Positions 53,894 through 64,000 of a stretch of 64,000 nt of DNA are shown in pieces (the stretch's first letter is position 1; the number at the start of each line of letters is the position of its first letter). The DNA comes from Hyphochytrium catenoides (lineage: Eukaryota; Protista; Hyphochytriomycota). The notes beneath the pieces are model-generated. The model searched no databases. It saw only the letters and a program-made list of their open reading frames with translations, and had not been told where the DNA came from. Position numbers and translations under genes: made by a program. The stretch spans positions 1 through 64,000 of the forward strand of contig FLMG01000369.1 of NCBI GenBank assembly GCA_900088475.1, given 5' to 3'.

Positions 53894-55708
53894 CTATTCT
53901 TCTCCACTCTCCTGCTTGCGTAGCAGTCTTCTCGTCGTCGTTCCCCCTGCAGGACTTATGATATCTGGATTTTGCTTGATAAACTCTGAGATGTCGATGG
54001 CGCCAAGGTCGGCTCCTGCATCATCCACTCCGCTGCTATCGCCAGCTAGAGGATCACCACCGAAGTTCAAGCCGACCACAGACAAAGCGACAACTGTGAG
54101 TCCCGCTAGCAGCAACCCCGTAACTCCTGCGCCAATCAAGCCCGCCCGTAATGGCGTCAGCCACAGTCTCTTCAGCCTGTTTGCCTGTTTTTCCAGCAGA
54201 CTGAGCACTGCTAGATTGCCTCGAGCATAGGTGATGGCATCAGTGGCGTCTTGAAATCCTTGGTAAGTCTTTTGTAAATTCTCTAGAGCGGGGTTATCCG
54301 TAATCTTTCCGTCCAGTTGCTGTTTCTCCTGGTTGAGCTTAGACTCATAGTCGACCTTCAGCCTTTGCTGTATGGCTTCCTCAGTCTTGGCAGATAAGGC
54401 CTTTTTAATCATGCGTTTGAGTGTAATGTCCACGCCACGTGCGGATGATAGTCGCTTCTGCGCCTTACGCATCTCCTTGCGTACATTTGCTGTCCACTCT
54501 TTTGGATTGACATCTCCCTCTGCACCGCGGCTGGTCATCGCCGTCAAGTCTTTCACAGCCTGCCTGTAACCCTCCAGTGCAGAATAGTCCCTCCCCACGC
54601 GATCATCTTTGTTAGCTTGTTCCTTGGTTAGTCCATTTAAGAAGTCCTTAAAGCTGTTCACGTTGTGTTGGTCCGCCTGAGGAAGATGATTTAACGTACT
54701 GGGATCCTTGGCTTTGCTGCGTTCCACATGCCCCACGAGTGCAGCCACCATCGGATCATCTAGTTCCCACTGAGCTTGTTTCAGACGGGCATCCACAGAA
54801 CTCAGCTTTCTGTCGTAACCTCTGATCGTGGTAAGAAGCTTCATGAATTGGTCGTAGACATCCTTGCCAATCTCTTTGCGCAACTTTTGCACCTCTGAAA
54901 GAAACCGCACTTGTTCTTTACGGGCAATCGTAATAACGTCCTCATCTGCCTTCTTCGCTCCCTTAAGGGCTTTCTCGGCTCTGGTCTTTGCATTCGCCTC
55001 TTTCCCTGGAATGGCTGCCCCAGCAGCTAACTCTTCCTTCAAGCTTACAGAGAGTCCGTCTGTGAGCGGATGGCTGTTCGCACTTTGCAGTGGTACATCG
55101 TTCGGAACATCGGCTGCTGAAATCTCCCCGCCCTCATCGGATCGAGCTAGAGAAGAAGAGATGGTAGCTTCCTCAGCTACTTGTGGAGCCACAGGAGAAG
55201 CGGAAGTTTCACCAGAGGATGGTGGGGACTCTTTGGTTTGAGTTGTTGACTTCTTCTTGAGAAATGTTCCGAAGCTGTGAAGCACCTGAGACAACCTGAG
55301 GCTGCCAGCGTCCATAACTCGGGACACCAAAGAACCCTTTGACCTTGCAGTTCTCCATTGTTCCTCAAGGTATGCGTTATGAGCTAATTTTGCCCTAGTC
55401 ATCTCGTCTTTGGCCAGCTGTACTGCGTCGGCTAAGCTGTGAGGTTTATCATGCGCCTTGTGCCAGAATTTTAGCTTCGGGGTCCACTTCCGTAGCCCCA
55501 ACCATTTCCTTCCACCCGCCTCAGCTTGATGGTTTCGACCCAGGTGGCTGTTGGCTGGATCAGCTGCCGATTTACCTCCTTTTTTACTAAAAAATCCTGC
55601 CCTTGCCCCTGGAAGAAGAGGGATAGTACATAGAAGGAACAAGAGACAACAGGCTAAAACCGGAAGAGAGAGCCAGGGATGACGCTTCCTGAAGACAGGA
55701 AGAGCCAT
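53894..55708 (-). CDS. Intronless signal-peptide, coiled-coil protein with a C-terminal hydrophobic segment, subfamily C (604 aa)
   Basis: RKRHPW leader, LPVLACCLLFLLCTIPLL, ARA site, long K/E/A/L helical region, Gly-rich hydrophobic AGLIGAGVTGLLLAGLTVVALSVVG, and tail GAIDISEFIKQNPD…RRLLRKQESGEE. Confidence 0.88.
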   Translation of the reverse strand: MALPVFRKRHPWLSLPVLACCLLFLLCTIPLLPGARAGFFSKKGGKSAADPANSHLGRNHQAEAGGRKWLGLRKWTPKLKFWHKAHDKPHSLADAVQLAKDEMTRAKLAHNAYLEEQWRTARSKGSLVSRVMDAGSLRLSQVLHSFGTFLKKKSTTQTKESPPSSGETSASPVAPQVAEEATISSSLARSDEGGEISAADVPNDVPLQSANSHPLTDGLSVSLKEELAAGAAIPGKEANAKTRAEKALKGAKKADEDVITIARKEQVRFLSEVQKLRKEIGKDVYDQFMKLLTTIRGYDRKLSSVDARLKQAQWELDDPMVAALVGHVERSKAKDPSTLNHLPQADQHNVNSFKDFLNGLTKEQANKDDRVGRDYSALEGYRQAVKDLTAMTSRGAEGDVNPKEWTANVRKEMRKAQKRLSSARGVDITLKRMIKKALSAKTEEAIQQRLKVDYESKLNQEKQQLDGKITDNPALENLQKTYQGFQDATDAITYARGNLAVLSLLEKQANRLKRLWLTPLRAGLIGAGVTGLLLAGLTVVALSVVGLNFGGDPLAGDSSGVDDAGADLGAIDISEFIKQNPDIISPAGGTTTRRLLRKQESGEE

Positions 55709-58600
55709 CCTCGTTCCCAGGTAAGGAAATAAGCGCGACGAATGGAGGCAAAGATCAAAGAGCGTTAGGTCTGGTCCTCTGCGAGAGCTCGCCGGGGATT
55801 CGAAGGCCTTTAGGTCCTGTGAGAGTTATGATGCAATGGGTAAAATGAGATCTCTTGAACGCCTACACTTTCCCTTTGCTTCGAGGAGGAGAACTGTCGG
55901 CGTTTCCGTCTGAGGAAGGGATGCAATGGGTTCATTCGCCACTTGGCTCTTATTGCTTGCTCGCTGTTTGTCTTCCATCTTTCTTATTCTCTATCTCTAG
56001 TTGAGAATATCGGCGACATGCAGAGGTATCCTGGAGCACAGACCACGATAGGAGAAAGAAGATGGCGTAGACAGAGATAAGGGAAAGAGTATACGAAGCA
56101 GAGTCCTGCGGCATTCAACACTCCTGTCCGCATCCAAAAATGTATGACTTCCTTCCTTAGAACTCTTCCCTTGTCTCTACCCGCTTTTGTTCTGTCCTTA
56201 TATCCTGCGATCTATGCACCGAACCTATTCTCTCTCTGTCGAACCCGCCTGCTACTGCAGGATCAGACAACACTAGGATCAAGAAGCAGGTTGTCCGGGA
56301 AAGACTGCCGAAACGATAGGGGTAGACAGGAACTAAAGGATACAGAGCTAGAACATTCAATGAGAGTAAGAGCACGGTCAAAGAACCTTCCTCGTGTCCG
56401 CCCCGGCCGACGGCAGAGGCAGACCCAGACATCACACGTGACGCATCTCTAATAATAATTAACAGTGACTTATCATCACCTTGGGATTGTTACTGATGAC
56501 CAAGCAGTTAGGTGCCCTTGATATACGGGTCCGGAGGGCTCCTACTCCCAGTACTCCCACTCTTGTTTGTACTCTTGATCCTTCTAATTCTCCATAGTCC
56601 AGGCAAGCTCACGTAACACACTCTCGGCTGCCTACTTCTTCTTTCCTACCCTACTGCCGAAGATAGGAGGTCGGACAACTCCATCGCTTTCTTGTTATTT
56701 TTCTTTACGCGCTGTCTCCTGAGCTCCTCCTGCTTTCTATTCGGTGCATAGCTCTTCACTCTATCACTGAACAAGTCTTCTCGTATGAAATATGCTTGGT
56801 ATAACCTTTGAGCAGTAATGGGAAGCTCCATGTTCTTATCTCAGCGTTTCTAATCGATAGATCCCTTTTCTACATTCCGGCTCTTGTCTCTGTCTCCTTG
56901 GTCTGGAGAAATATATGTTCTACGTAAACCCTCATTACTTTTTTTCATTATTGAACATTAGCTCCTTGGTTTCTACTACCGTTTCATCATCTACTGGCAG
57001 TCTTTATAGCTCATAATAAGAGGGTAGTTCCTCGGCATCCGTCGGCATTGACCAGCTAACTGAGAAGAACGGAAGAAGGGAAAAGAAAATAAGCATTCAT
57101 TTATTATCTGATAGGAAGGAAGACAAACAGGTGAGCATGGCTTCTTATGCCGTAGAACAACAGCTTAGAACTTCTATTTGAGTACGTAGAAGAGCGAACA
57201 ATACACCGTCATCACCCACTCCTATCGATAAATAGGCGGAAGGAAAGAAAGAAGGCCAACAAAATACTCAGATGCCACCCGAAGTCCAGTTAAATTGAAA
57301 AGAGAAGAACCGGCTGCATTCAGAAGCAGTGGTTCCTCCTACCTATGGTCACGCCAGCGCCAGCGGCTGAGACTAGTCTTCCGTATCTCTGGTCTTTCTT
57401 CTTTCCGTATTATAATAAAGGCATAACCTTCCTCGTCTTCATCTTCGTACTCTTTGTCAGGCTGTCTATAAAACTCCTAACAAACATGCAAGGAAGTGTA
57501 ATATTCTTCTAAGGCTCAAACTCAAAGGAAATCACACTGATAACGCAAGCCGCAGATCAATAAGCCGAATTAGCAGCTACGAGCTGCTCTTCCGCACTTC
57601 TGATATGATACCAGCCGCGGCAGCACCGCTCGATTGGAAGCAGTCAAAGGACGCCTACCCGCCGCCCTTGAACTAACAGCAACAGACAAGCCACCACGAG
57701 GCGCGATGGAATGCGTCGTTATACTGTCGTTATCACCCGCGCGAACCAAACCCGTTTAATGGGAACCGAAGTCAGGAACCGGGATTGACCAGCGAGGTGA
57801 GAGGTCATGGACTTCTTTTTGCCTAAAGGAAAGAGACTCAAAGAGGTAGAGAAATATCACGAGTGCATTAGAGATGGATAAGACAAAGAGATAAAGCTGC
57901 TATAGAAAGACAGAGAGAGCGATTGAGAAGAGACAGAGAGGCAGGCGAGAAAAAGAAGGAAAGGGACAGGCAAGGAGAAGCGACACCGACGAAAATTAGA
58001 GCGAACGGCAGCTTGAGCAGTAGAACAAAGGTTAGTTACGAAGTGACTGCATCTTCTAATGTACGACGAGAGCAACGACGAGGCACTCTGGATAGCATCT
58101 TGCCTACAGACGTAGGCATAGAAGCCATAGAGGCGATAGGCAGTAGATAGGCTCAGTAGATGAACATCCCCATAATAAAGCTGATCCGTCCGGAGCATCA
58201 GTTCTTGTCTACCAGCTGCCTCAACATGTGGAGTTTACCGCTGTAATTTGCTGGCTGAGACGCTCTTCGAGCACGACTGAATGAACAGCTTCAACGAAGC
58301 TCAGGCAGGAAGGGCTAGGGAACATATCTTTCATTATTATTTCTCTACGTGACGAGCGAGGCAACAGCTATTTTCTTAAATATCACCTTAGCATCTCATC
58401 TGCACTCTGCTGCTAAACTTCTAGATCTGCTTGATACGTGTTGACTCCCGTGTCAATTGATGCTTGCTGACTAGTAAACACGATCCACCTGCCTTCCATT
58501 CGTCCGTCGGCCAAAGGTCATCCGCTGCCGATTAGCGTGTGTCACTGGGAAGGAGTCCTTGTCGTGAGGCAGAAGAAGAAAATACACCGCCGCTTCAGAC

Positions 58601-59788
58601 TTATCGGAGTCGTCTTCTACTTTTCAAACCTCCGCTGGTAGGGGCCGTTAATAAGTCTGGGTTCGCCCGGAGTAACTCGGTAATGTCAATGACGCCTCCT
58701 TTATTCCCATCGGCACCCTCTTGCTGCTCACCCGTGGCATCAGGGGAGGGAAGCGTTGCACCGCTATAATTGGGTCCAAGCACCATGCCCACGGACATGA
58801 TGGCAAGCAAAGTTCCAATGGTCAGGCCTCCAACCAAGGTATACTTTAGTTTTGGCCACCACGGTCTTGTCAAACTGACCATCCGCTTCACTTCTAACTT
58901 GGCATTTGCCACTGCATCTGACGCTTTCTTGATACGCTCCCTAGCGGCAGCCACCTCGTTCATTAGTTCGCGCATGTCTTTATATTGTTCACCGTNNNNN
59001 NNNNNNNNNNNNNNNNNNNNNNNNNNNNNNNNNNNNNNNNNNNNNNNNNCTCGTTGCTTAAGAAGGTCTCGGTACCCCTTCGACAGGGCCGGGTCAATCT
59101 TCTTGAACTTCTTGTTGACGCTTTCGACTAAGTCTTGGGCAATTTTAAACTGATGGTTTGCTGCTTGGAGCAGAGTCCTCGTGAGACGCCTCGCCTCGCT
59201 TCCCTGAGCCCGAACGCTCTTTTGCGCTTTCTCAATCTTTATGGCTTCAGTCTCCAACTGCTCTGGCATCAATTGTTCTTCCGGCAACCGCGACACTTCA
59301 GATGCTGCGTCTGGAGCGGGACTTCGCTTGTTCTCCCCTTCTAGCCATCGAAGGTATGCGGCGTATATCTTTTTCAACAGCGGTGTCTCCTTGTTTCGTC
59401 TCCAAAAGTCTGCAATCTCCTGGTTCTTGGCTTCCTCAGCGCTTCTGAACTTACTCGCTGCGGTTATTGAGGAACCGAATAATTCTTGCGTCTTTTGTTC
59501 CGCTTCGTCGAGGGACTTCACAATGTCAACGTCTGAATCCTCAGAGCGACGTTGCTTAATGTTCAACCGGTGGGACACTCGACTGAAAGCTTTCCGAGGG
59601 CCATTGACAAAAGTGTCAGTCAAGAGTTTCTTGGCGCTAAACTTAGGCTTGACAGAGGCGGCCTTGACAGGGGCTGCTGTTGCTTGCGACAGCAACGTGA
59701 TCCCAATCAAGAAAAGAGCAAGAACAAGGAGAAAATGCCATCGCCTTCTCGGGCTGGCGTATAGTCTGTCTGCCGCCTTTCGAGCCAT
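58601..59788 (-). CDS. Intronless signal-peptide, coiled-coil protein with a C-terminal hydrophobic segment, subfamily C (~395 aa; N gap 58996-59049)
   Basis: PRRRWH leader, FLLVLALFLIGITLL, ATA site, coiled-coil body, LVGGLTIGTLLAIMSVGMVLG, and tail GVIDITELLRANPD…KSRRRLR*. The tail aligns with the 53894 protein. Frame continuity across the gap is assumed. Confidence 0.8.
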   Translation of the reverse strand: MARKAADRLYASPRRRWHFLLVLALFLIGITLLSQATAAPVKAASVKPKFSAKKLLTDTFVNGPRKAFSRVSHRLNIKQRRSEDSDVDIVKSLDEAEQKTQELFGSSITAASKFRSAEEAKNQEIADFWRRNKETPLLKKIYAAYLRWLEGENKRSPAPDAASEVSRLPEEQLMPEQLETEAIKIEKAQKSVRAQGSEARRLTRTLLQAANHQFKIAQDLVESVNKKFKKIDPALSKGYRDLLKQRXXXXXXXXXXXXXXXXXXXGEQYKDMRELMNEVAAARERIKKASDAVANAKLEVKRMVSLTRPWWPKLKYTLVGGLTIGTLLAIMSVGMVLGPNYSGATLPSPDATGEQQEGADGNKGGVIDITELLRANPDLLTAPTSGGLKSRRRLR

Positions 59789-62700
59789 TGCTGTTGGGCG
59801 CTCCTGTACTTGGAGTTGGGAAAGTGAAAGCTCTTCAAGGATGACTGTCGGACCGTGAAGCAGGCAAATGTTGTCCTATCGTCCTCAGCGCTATATTGGG
59901 AATGCAAAGGGAAGGAGGTGATGACTCTGCCGCTCTCTCCGTTTTTCCTTTTTCGCTGCAATCCTCGGTCTTCGAATCCGCTCTGCGCTACCTCTCCCCA
60001 TTCTCTCGTTCTCGTCCATCCCTCGTCGGGCTCTCCCTAACTCTTTCTTCACCCTCTCCCCGTTTTCGTCCTTACATTCACAGCCCTTTCTCCCACTATG
60101 TTCCTCCTCTCACTGCCTGCCTTCTTTCTCTTTCCGAAGAAGGTCTGCTGCGCGTTTACCGGTCCCTACCGCGCTAGTGCTAGAGGAGCTGCTAGGGTGC
60201 TGCTACTCTTCCCCACGTGATGATAAGGCTTGGAAAGAGAACAGCATCATTTTGTTGGTACACATACTTCTTTATTTCACTCATCATCCTCTAAGCTTGC
60301 TCAGCGCTGGCTGGGATAGAGGAAGCTTGTTCCAACCCCTACATTGGAGGGCGCTGACATTGGTCCCACCTTCTCCAGCAGCATTTATTTTATCCAAGCC
60401 TGTTCTTCGCTGTTTCTTCTCAAGGAGCTCTGCCCACGCCTGTGCGAGGAGAAGGCGAAAAGAGAAAGGAAGGAGAGGAGGGTTCTGGTGAAGATTGAGG
60501 TTCTGAAAGTGAACGAAATATCTTGGAACCTTCGGCCGTACCGAATACATAGCTCAGATGAGAGTCCGAGTGTCGTCCCCACAGGTTGAGCGACAAACTC
60601 GGAGACAGAACAGGAGTCGACCAACAATGTCACCAGACGACTGTCAAGGTTCAAGATTCATACCGCACTATTACCTTTGATACACCATTGCCTATTGATG
60701 CACGAGGGAAGAACATAGTTCTATGTTACACCGTGCTTACTACCTACCGTACTACCTCTGATCTTAGGTTGACCTTTCTAAGAAGCAAGGAGCAATGCAC
60801 ATAACGCCTGTCTTGGAAGAATTGCTCTTCTCCGAGAGGCGAGCACACATCTGGGCATTATTGCTAGCTGCTAATATTAACTTTGAGGTTATGAGATCTT
60901 TGAACTCATTACTGCCTAAGGAGAGCTGATGAGGGAATAAGAAGTAGGTCTAGGAGATGTTAACTTTCCCTTCCCTCCGCGTTTGTTCTTATCAATCTTC
61001 CCTTATCTTTGCCCCTATTTGATACATCCTTGATCCTTCATGCGTCTTCTTTCTAGAATCTGATGGTAGACTACTCATTTGTTTCGAGAAGAGGATAAAA
61101 AAGAATGAGAAAGAAGAAGAAGAAGAACTGAAGAAAGAAGGAAAGAGGGGATAGAAGCGGAGAAGAAAGAGAAGAAGTGAAGAGGCGAGAGCCACGCTCG
61201 AAGGAACCTATAGGTACCGCGACCTACCACAGACCTCTCTTCGTCGATGTTCTTCTTGCTCCTGGCCTCGGAGTCAACTGTGTCTTTGCCAGTGATGCTT
61301 CTCTCATGGACATTAGCATCTCGTAGACTCGGGACGCAACCAGCTGGGTACTTATAATCATGATAACGACCCCTTCTACATTAGCAGAATCACACGTTTA
61401 TTTATAGAGTGACTCGATTTTGTCCATTGCCCACTTCCAGAACCTCCTCCATGAACAAGAGCGAGGAAATTGTGAGCGCAGCGAGGCTATCGAGAGAGAA
61501 AAAGGAAAAACACTTTTTGACCATTGCTCGCTAATGGCGCTCAGTCCTTGGCAGTGCCATGAACTTCTGTTGTGGCGTCCGCTGACGAAGCATTGTCCTA
61601 GTCGAAGGCAATGACCCGCACCCGAAGAGCGCTTCAGTTGTCACGTTGAGTTTGTAAGCTCTCCGACAGACAGGAGTATAGGCCGTGTTCTATAAAAGTT
61701 GCCTGCCAGAGTTCAAAGGTTCAATGGAAAGTAGAGTTAAGTTAAGGTTCGATGAATGAACAAATCTCCGTGGAACACGACCTTCGTGGAGTAGAGTCTT
61801 AGAGTGTGATGAGACTTCAAGAAAGGAACAACGCCTTGGAGCGCAAGTAAGGAGTAAAGACGAAGCATGTAATGTGAGAGTGGACAGACTGTTATCGGAG
61901 GATGCAATGATGCGGGTCGACATGGAAGTCACTAGGCTGTGGGTGGATATAGAGATCATAGCAAGCGCGAATCCGCATGCAGCACTGGTAGCGAGGAAGC
62001 ACCGGCTGTGATTATATATCAGATGACCTTTTACGCTATACTCGCCCTGCTGAACCACCATCCAGAACTTTCAGATGTCAACGCGGTGGTAGCGTTGATC
62101 CCCGACGGCGGCCGCTTTTCTTGGTCCATCCACTTAGCAGCTAGAATAGATGGTATACTGCAGCTCCTATTGGCCTCGTAAAAGATTTGAAGACATCGCG
62201 CAAAGGGACTACCCGTGTCAGTGGGCTGGGCAAATAGTACATTGACATCAAGATCTTCTGGGAGAAGTTGATGAAATAAACATTACGTAGGCGGACAGAA
62301 GCTGCCAAGCGACAGCTTTGGGTTGACTCCTTGAGTCCCTTCCAGGTTTAGTTAGAGGTGTGGCTTTTGGCTCTCGAGAGGAGTGTCTTAGTGGTGTGAT
62401 CGCATCATCAGTTATTCTTGAGTCGTCCTTGTCGTTGACGATCTGAACGCAGCGCGATGAGTGGCAGATGCCCCCATAAAGAAGAACAGTCTCTGAGATC
62501 TTCCAAGGAGGTCACCATCATAAGTAGTGGGCCCTTCGCTCAGAGCTGTAACAGGAGATCCTTTCAGCGGCAATAATGAGCACAGGTCTGTGCATCTGAA
62601 TGCAAAAGCCGAGACGACATGACACCATCTGCAGCTACTGATAAAGCTAGTGGAAGGACCCACGTCATCACGTCATACAGCTCCAATGAAGCGAATAGAA

Positions 62701-64000
62701 TAGACATATGTATAGGACACGTCTTCTACATCTCCCCCCAATCCCAACGACCTCAAAAGATTAGCACAACTTGTGCTTCCCCCTTATTTTCCCTCAGCCC
62801 TCAGTTTGCTTCGGCAAGCGCCTGCACGCACGCGACAACGACCATCAACGTAGCCTCTCAGCCATCTTGGAGTTCACAAGAAGTACCGTACCCCGGGGAC
62901 GAACCCTGTGAGAGTTACCGTTAAAAAATGGTGAACTTTCCGGTGGTGGGAGCCTCTGAATCAACTCTTCTTGTCTCTTCAGTTTTTGGTTCTTATCCTT
63001 CGCCTTTTCCTCATCTCTTCTTCGTTTATTACATCTTCTTTCTCTTTCCATAATCTTATATTAGTAGTCAAGCGCAGAAAGAAGGATGCCAACAGTCTGT
63101 CATCTCTGTCTTCAAGGACAGGAGAGCCAGGTCTCTCGTCTCTCACCATCAGCAGTAGACGGTACATTCAGAGGAGACGAATCTTAGTATTGAGCAAGAC
63201 TGATTAAACCATAGATAAAGTACTAGACAGCCTTGTCGCGCTGTAAACAAAGGGCCTTCCGATACCGTTTTACCATAGAAATATTAGAACTACTTAGTTC
63301 TAGACAGAGGTTTCTGTCTGGTCAGACAAGAATGGTGAATCCTCCTAGGAGAGGGAAAGGGATGAGAAAGGCCACTGAGAGTCCGAGCCCAAACCTTATT
63401 GGCCTCTTCTTCTTACCGAATCTTGACGGACTTCTCCTCCTCTTCTCCTCTCGTCGGTCTTAGTTCTATATGGTGAGCTGGTGGTCACACGTCAGAGAAG
63501 AAGTACACGGTAGCCAACTCCGAACCCGTTCTCTTCTTAGGCCCTTGAGGTTCTACAGGTCCGTACCTTCCAAGGAGCCAAGTAGATGAAGATGACCAGC
63601 CTTTCAATCGCTTCCTTGGATTGGGGCATTTGGCCAAGCAGCGATAAAGGATTTTGGATTAAGACAACGTAGTTCTACCACGAAAGAAAGACACCTGGCC
63701 GTGTTTCACTAGAAGGACGGAGGGATGATTCGAGCGGCTTGTCGAAGGTCGTCTAAGATGCAGTCCAGCTCTCTCTTCCTCCATTTCCACGTTGGCTCTT
63801 TTCTTCTCTTTCGTTTGCTTTCTTTCGTCTTATGTTCCCCATCGTCGCTGCTGCTGCCTCTACCTTCTCTTATCATGATGGAAAAACCGTGCTATGAAGT
63901 GACATACCTCGTTCTGCTGCGCTCTTTTCTGTGAAAGAGCCAAGGCACAGGGCATCAACATCTGTCCTACCCCAGCTTCGGAGTTTGACTGCAGCTTTGA

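Noticed and set aside
61600-62950. Coding-like fragmented ORFs on both strands
   Set aside because: No recognisable motif or consistent frame or splice model; could be a decayed element but unsupported.

Overview
Eukaryotic nuclear DNA from a draft assembly (four short N gaps) with short GT-AG introns full of (CT)n/(GA)n tracts. The gene style suggests a stramenopile-like protist or microalga, but that is inference only. The window has two compartments. Bases ~1-31 kb hold intron-rich conserved genes: a stand-alone glutamate synthase large subunit with a presequence, a multi-TM class-3 lipase-like gene, MCM6 (with E2F and telo-box motifs upstream), ARP4 and a 4-exon coiled-coil gene. Bases ~32-64 kb are gene-sparse and rich in duplications and decayed ORFs. 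Apart from one F-box/TMEM185-like gene, they carry at least seven intronless genes with no family I recognise. All seven share a basic N-terminus, a recessed hydrophobic signal and an all-alpha-helical body. They fall into three subfamilies: A, ~107-110 aa Trp/Tyr-anchored helical repeats; B, a tandem-duplicated short pair, one copy frameshifted; C, coiled-coil proteins with a C-terminal Gly-rich hydrophobic segment, a conserved G-x-IDI-x-E-x4-NPD motif and a terminal RRxLR. This birth-and-death cluster of predicted secreted or membrane helical proteins is the best candidate for an undescribed system. Its function cannot be read from the sequence.
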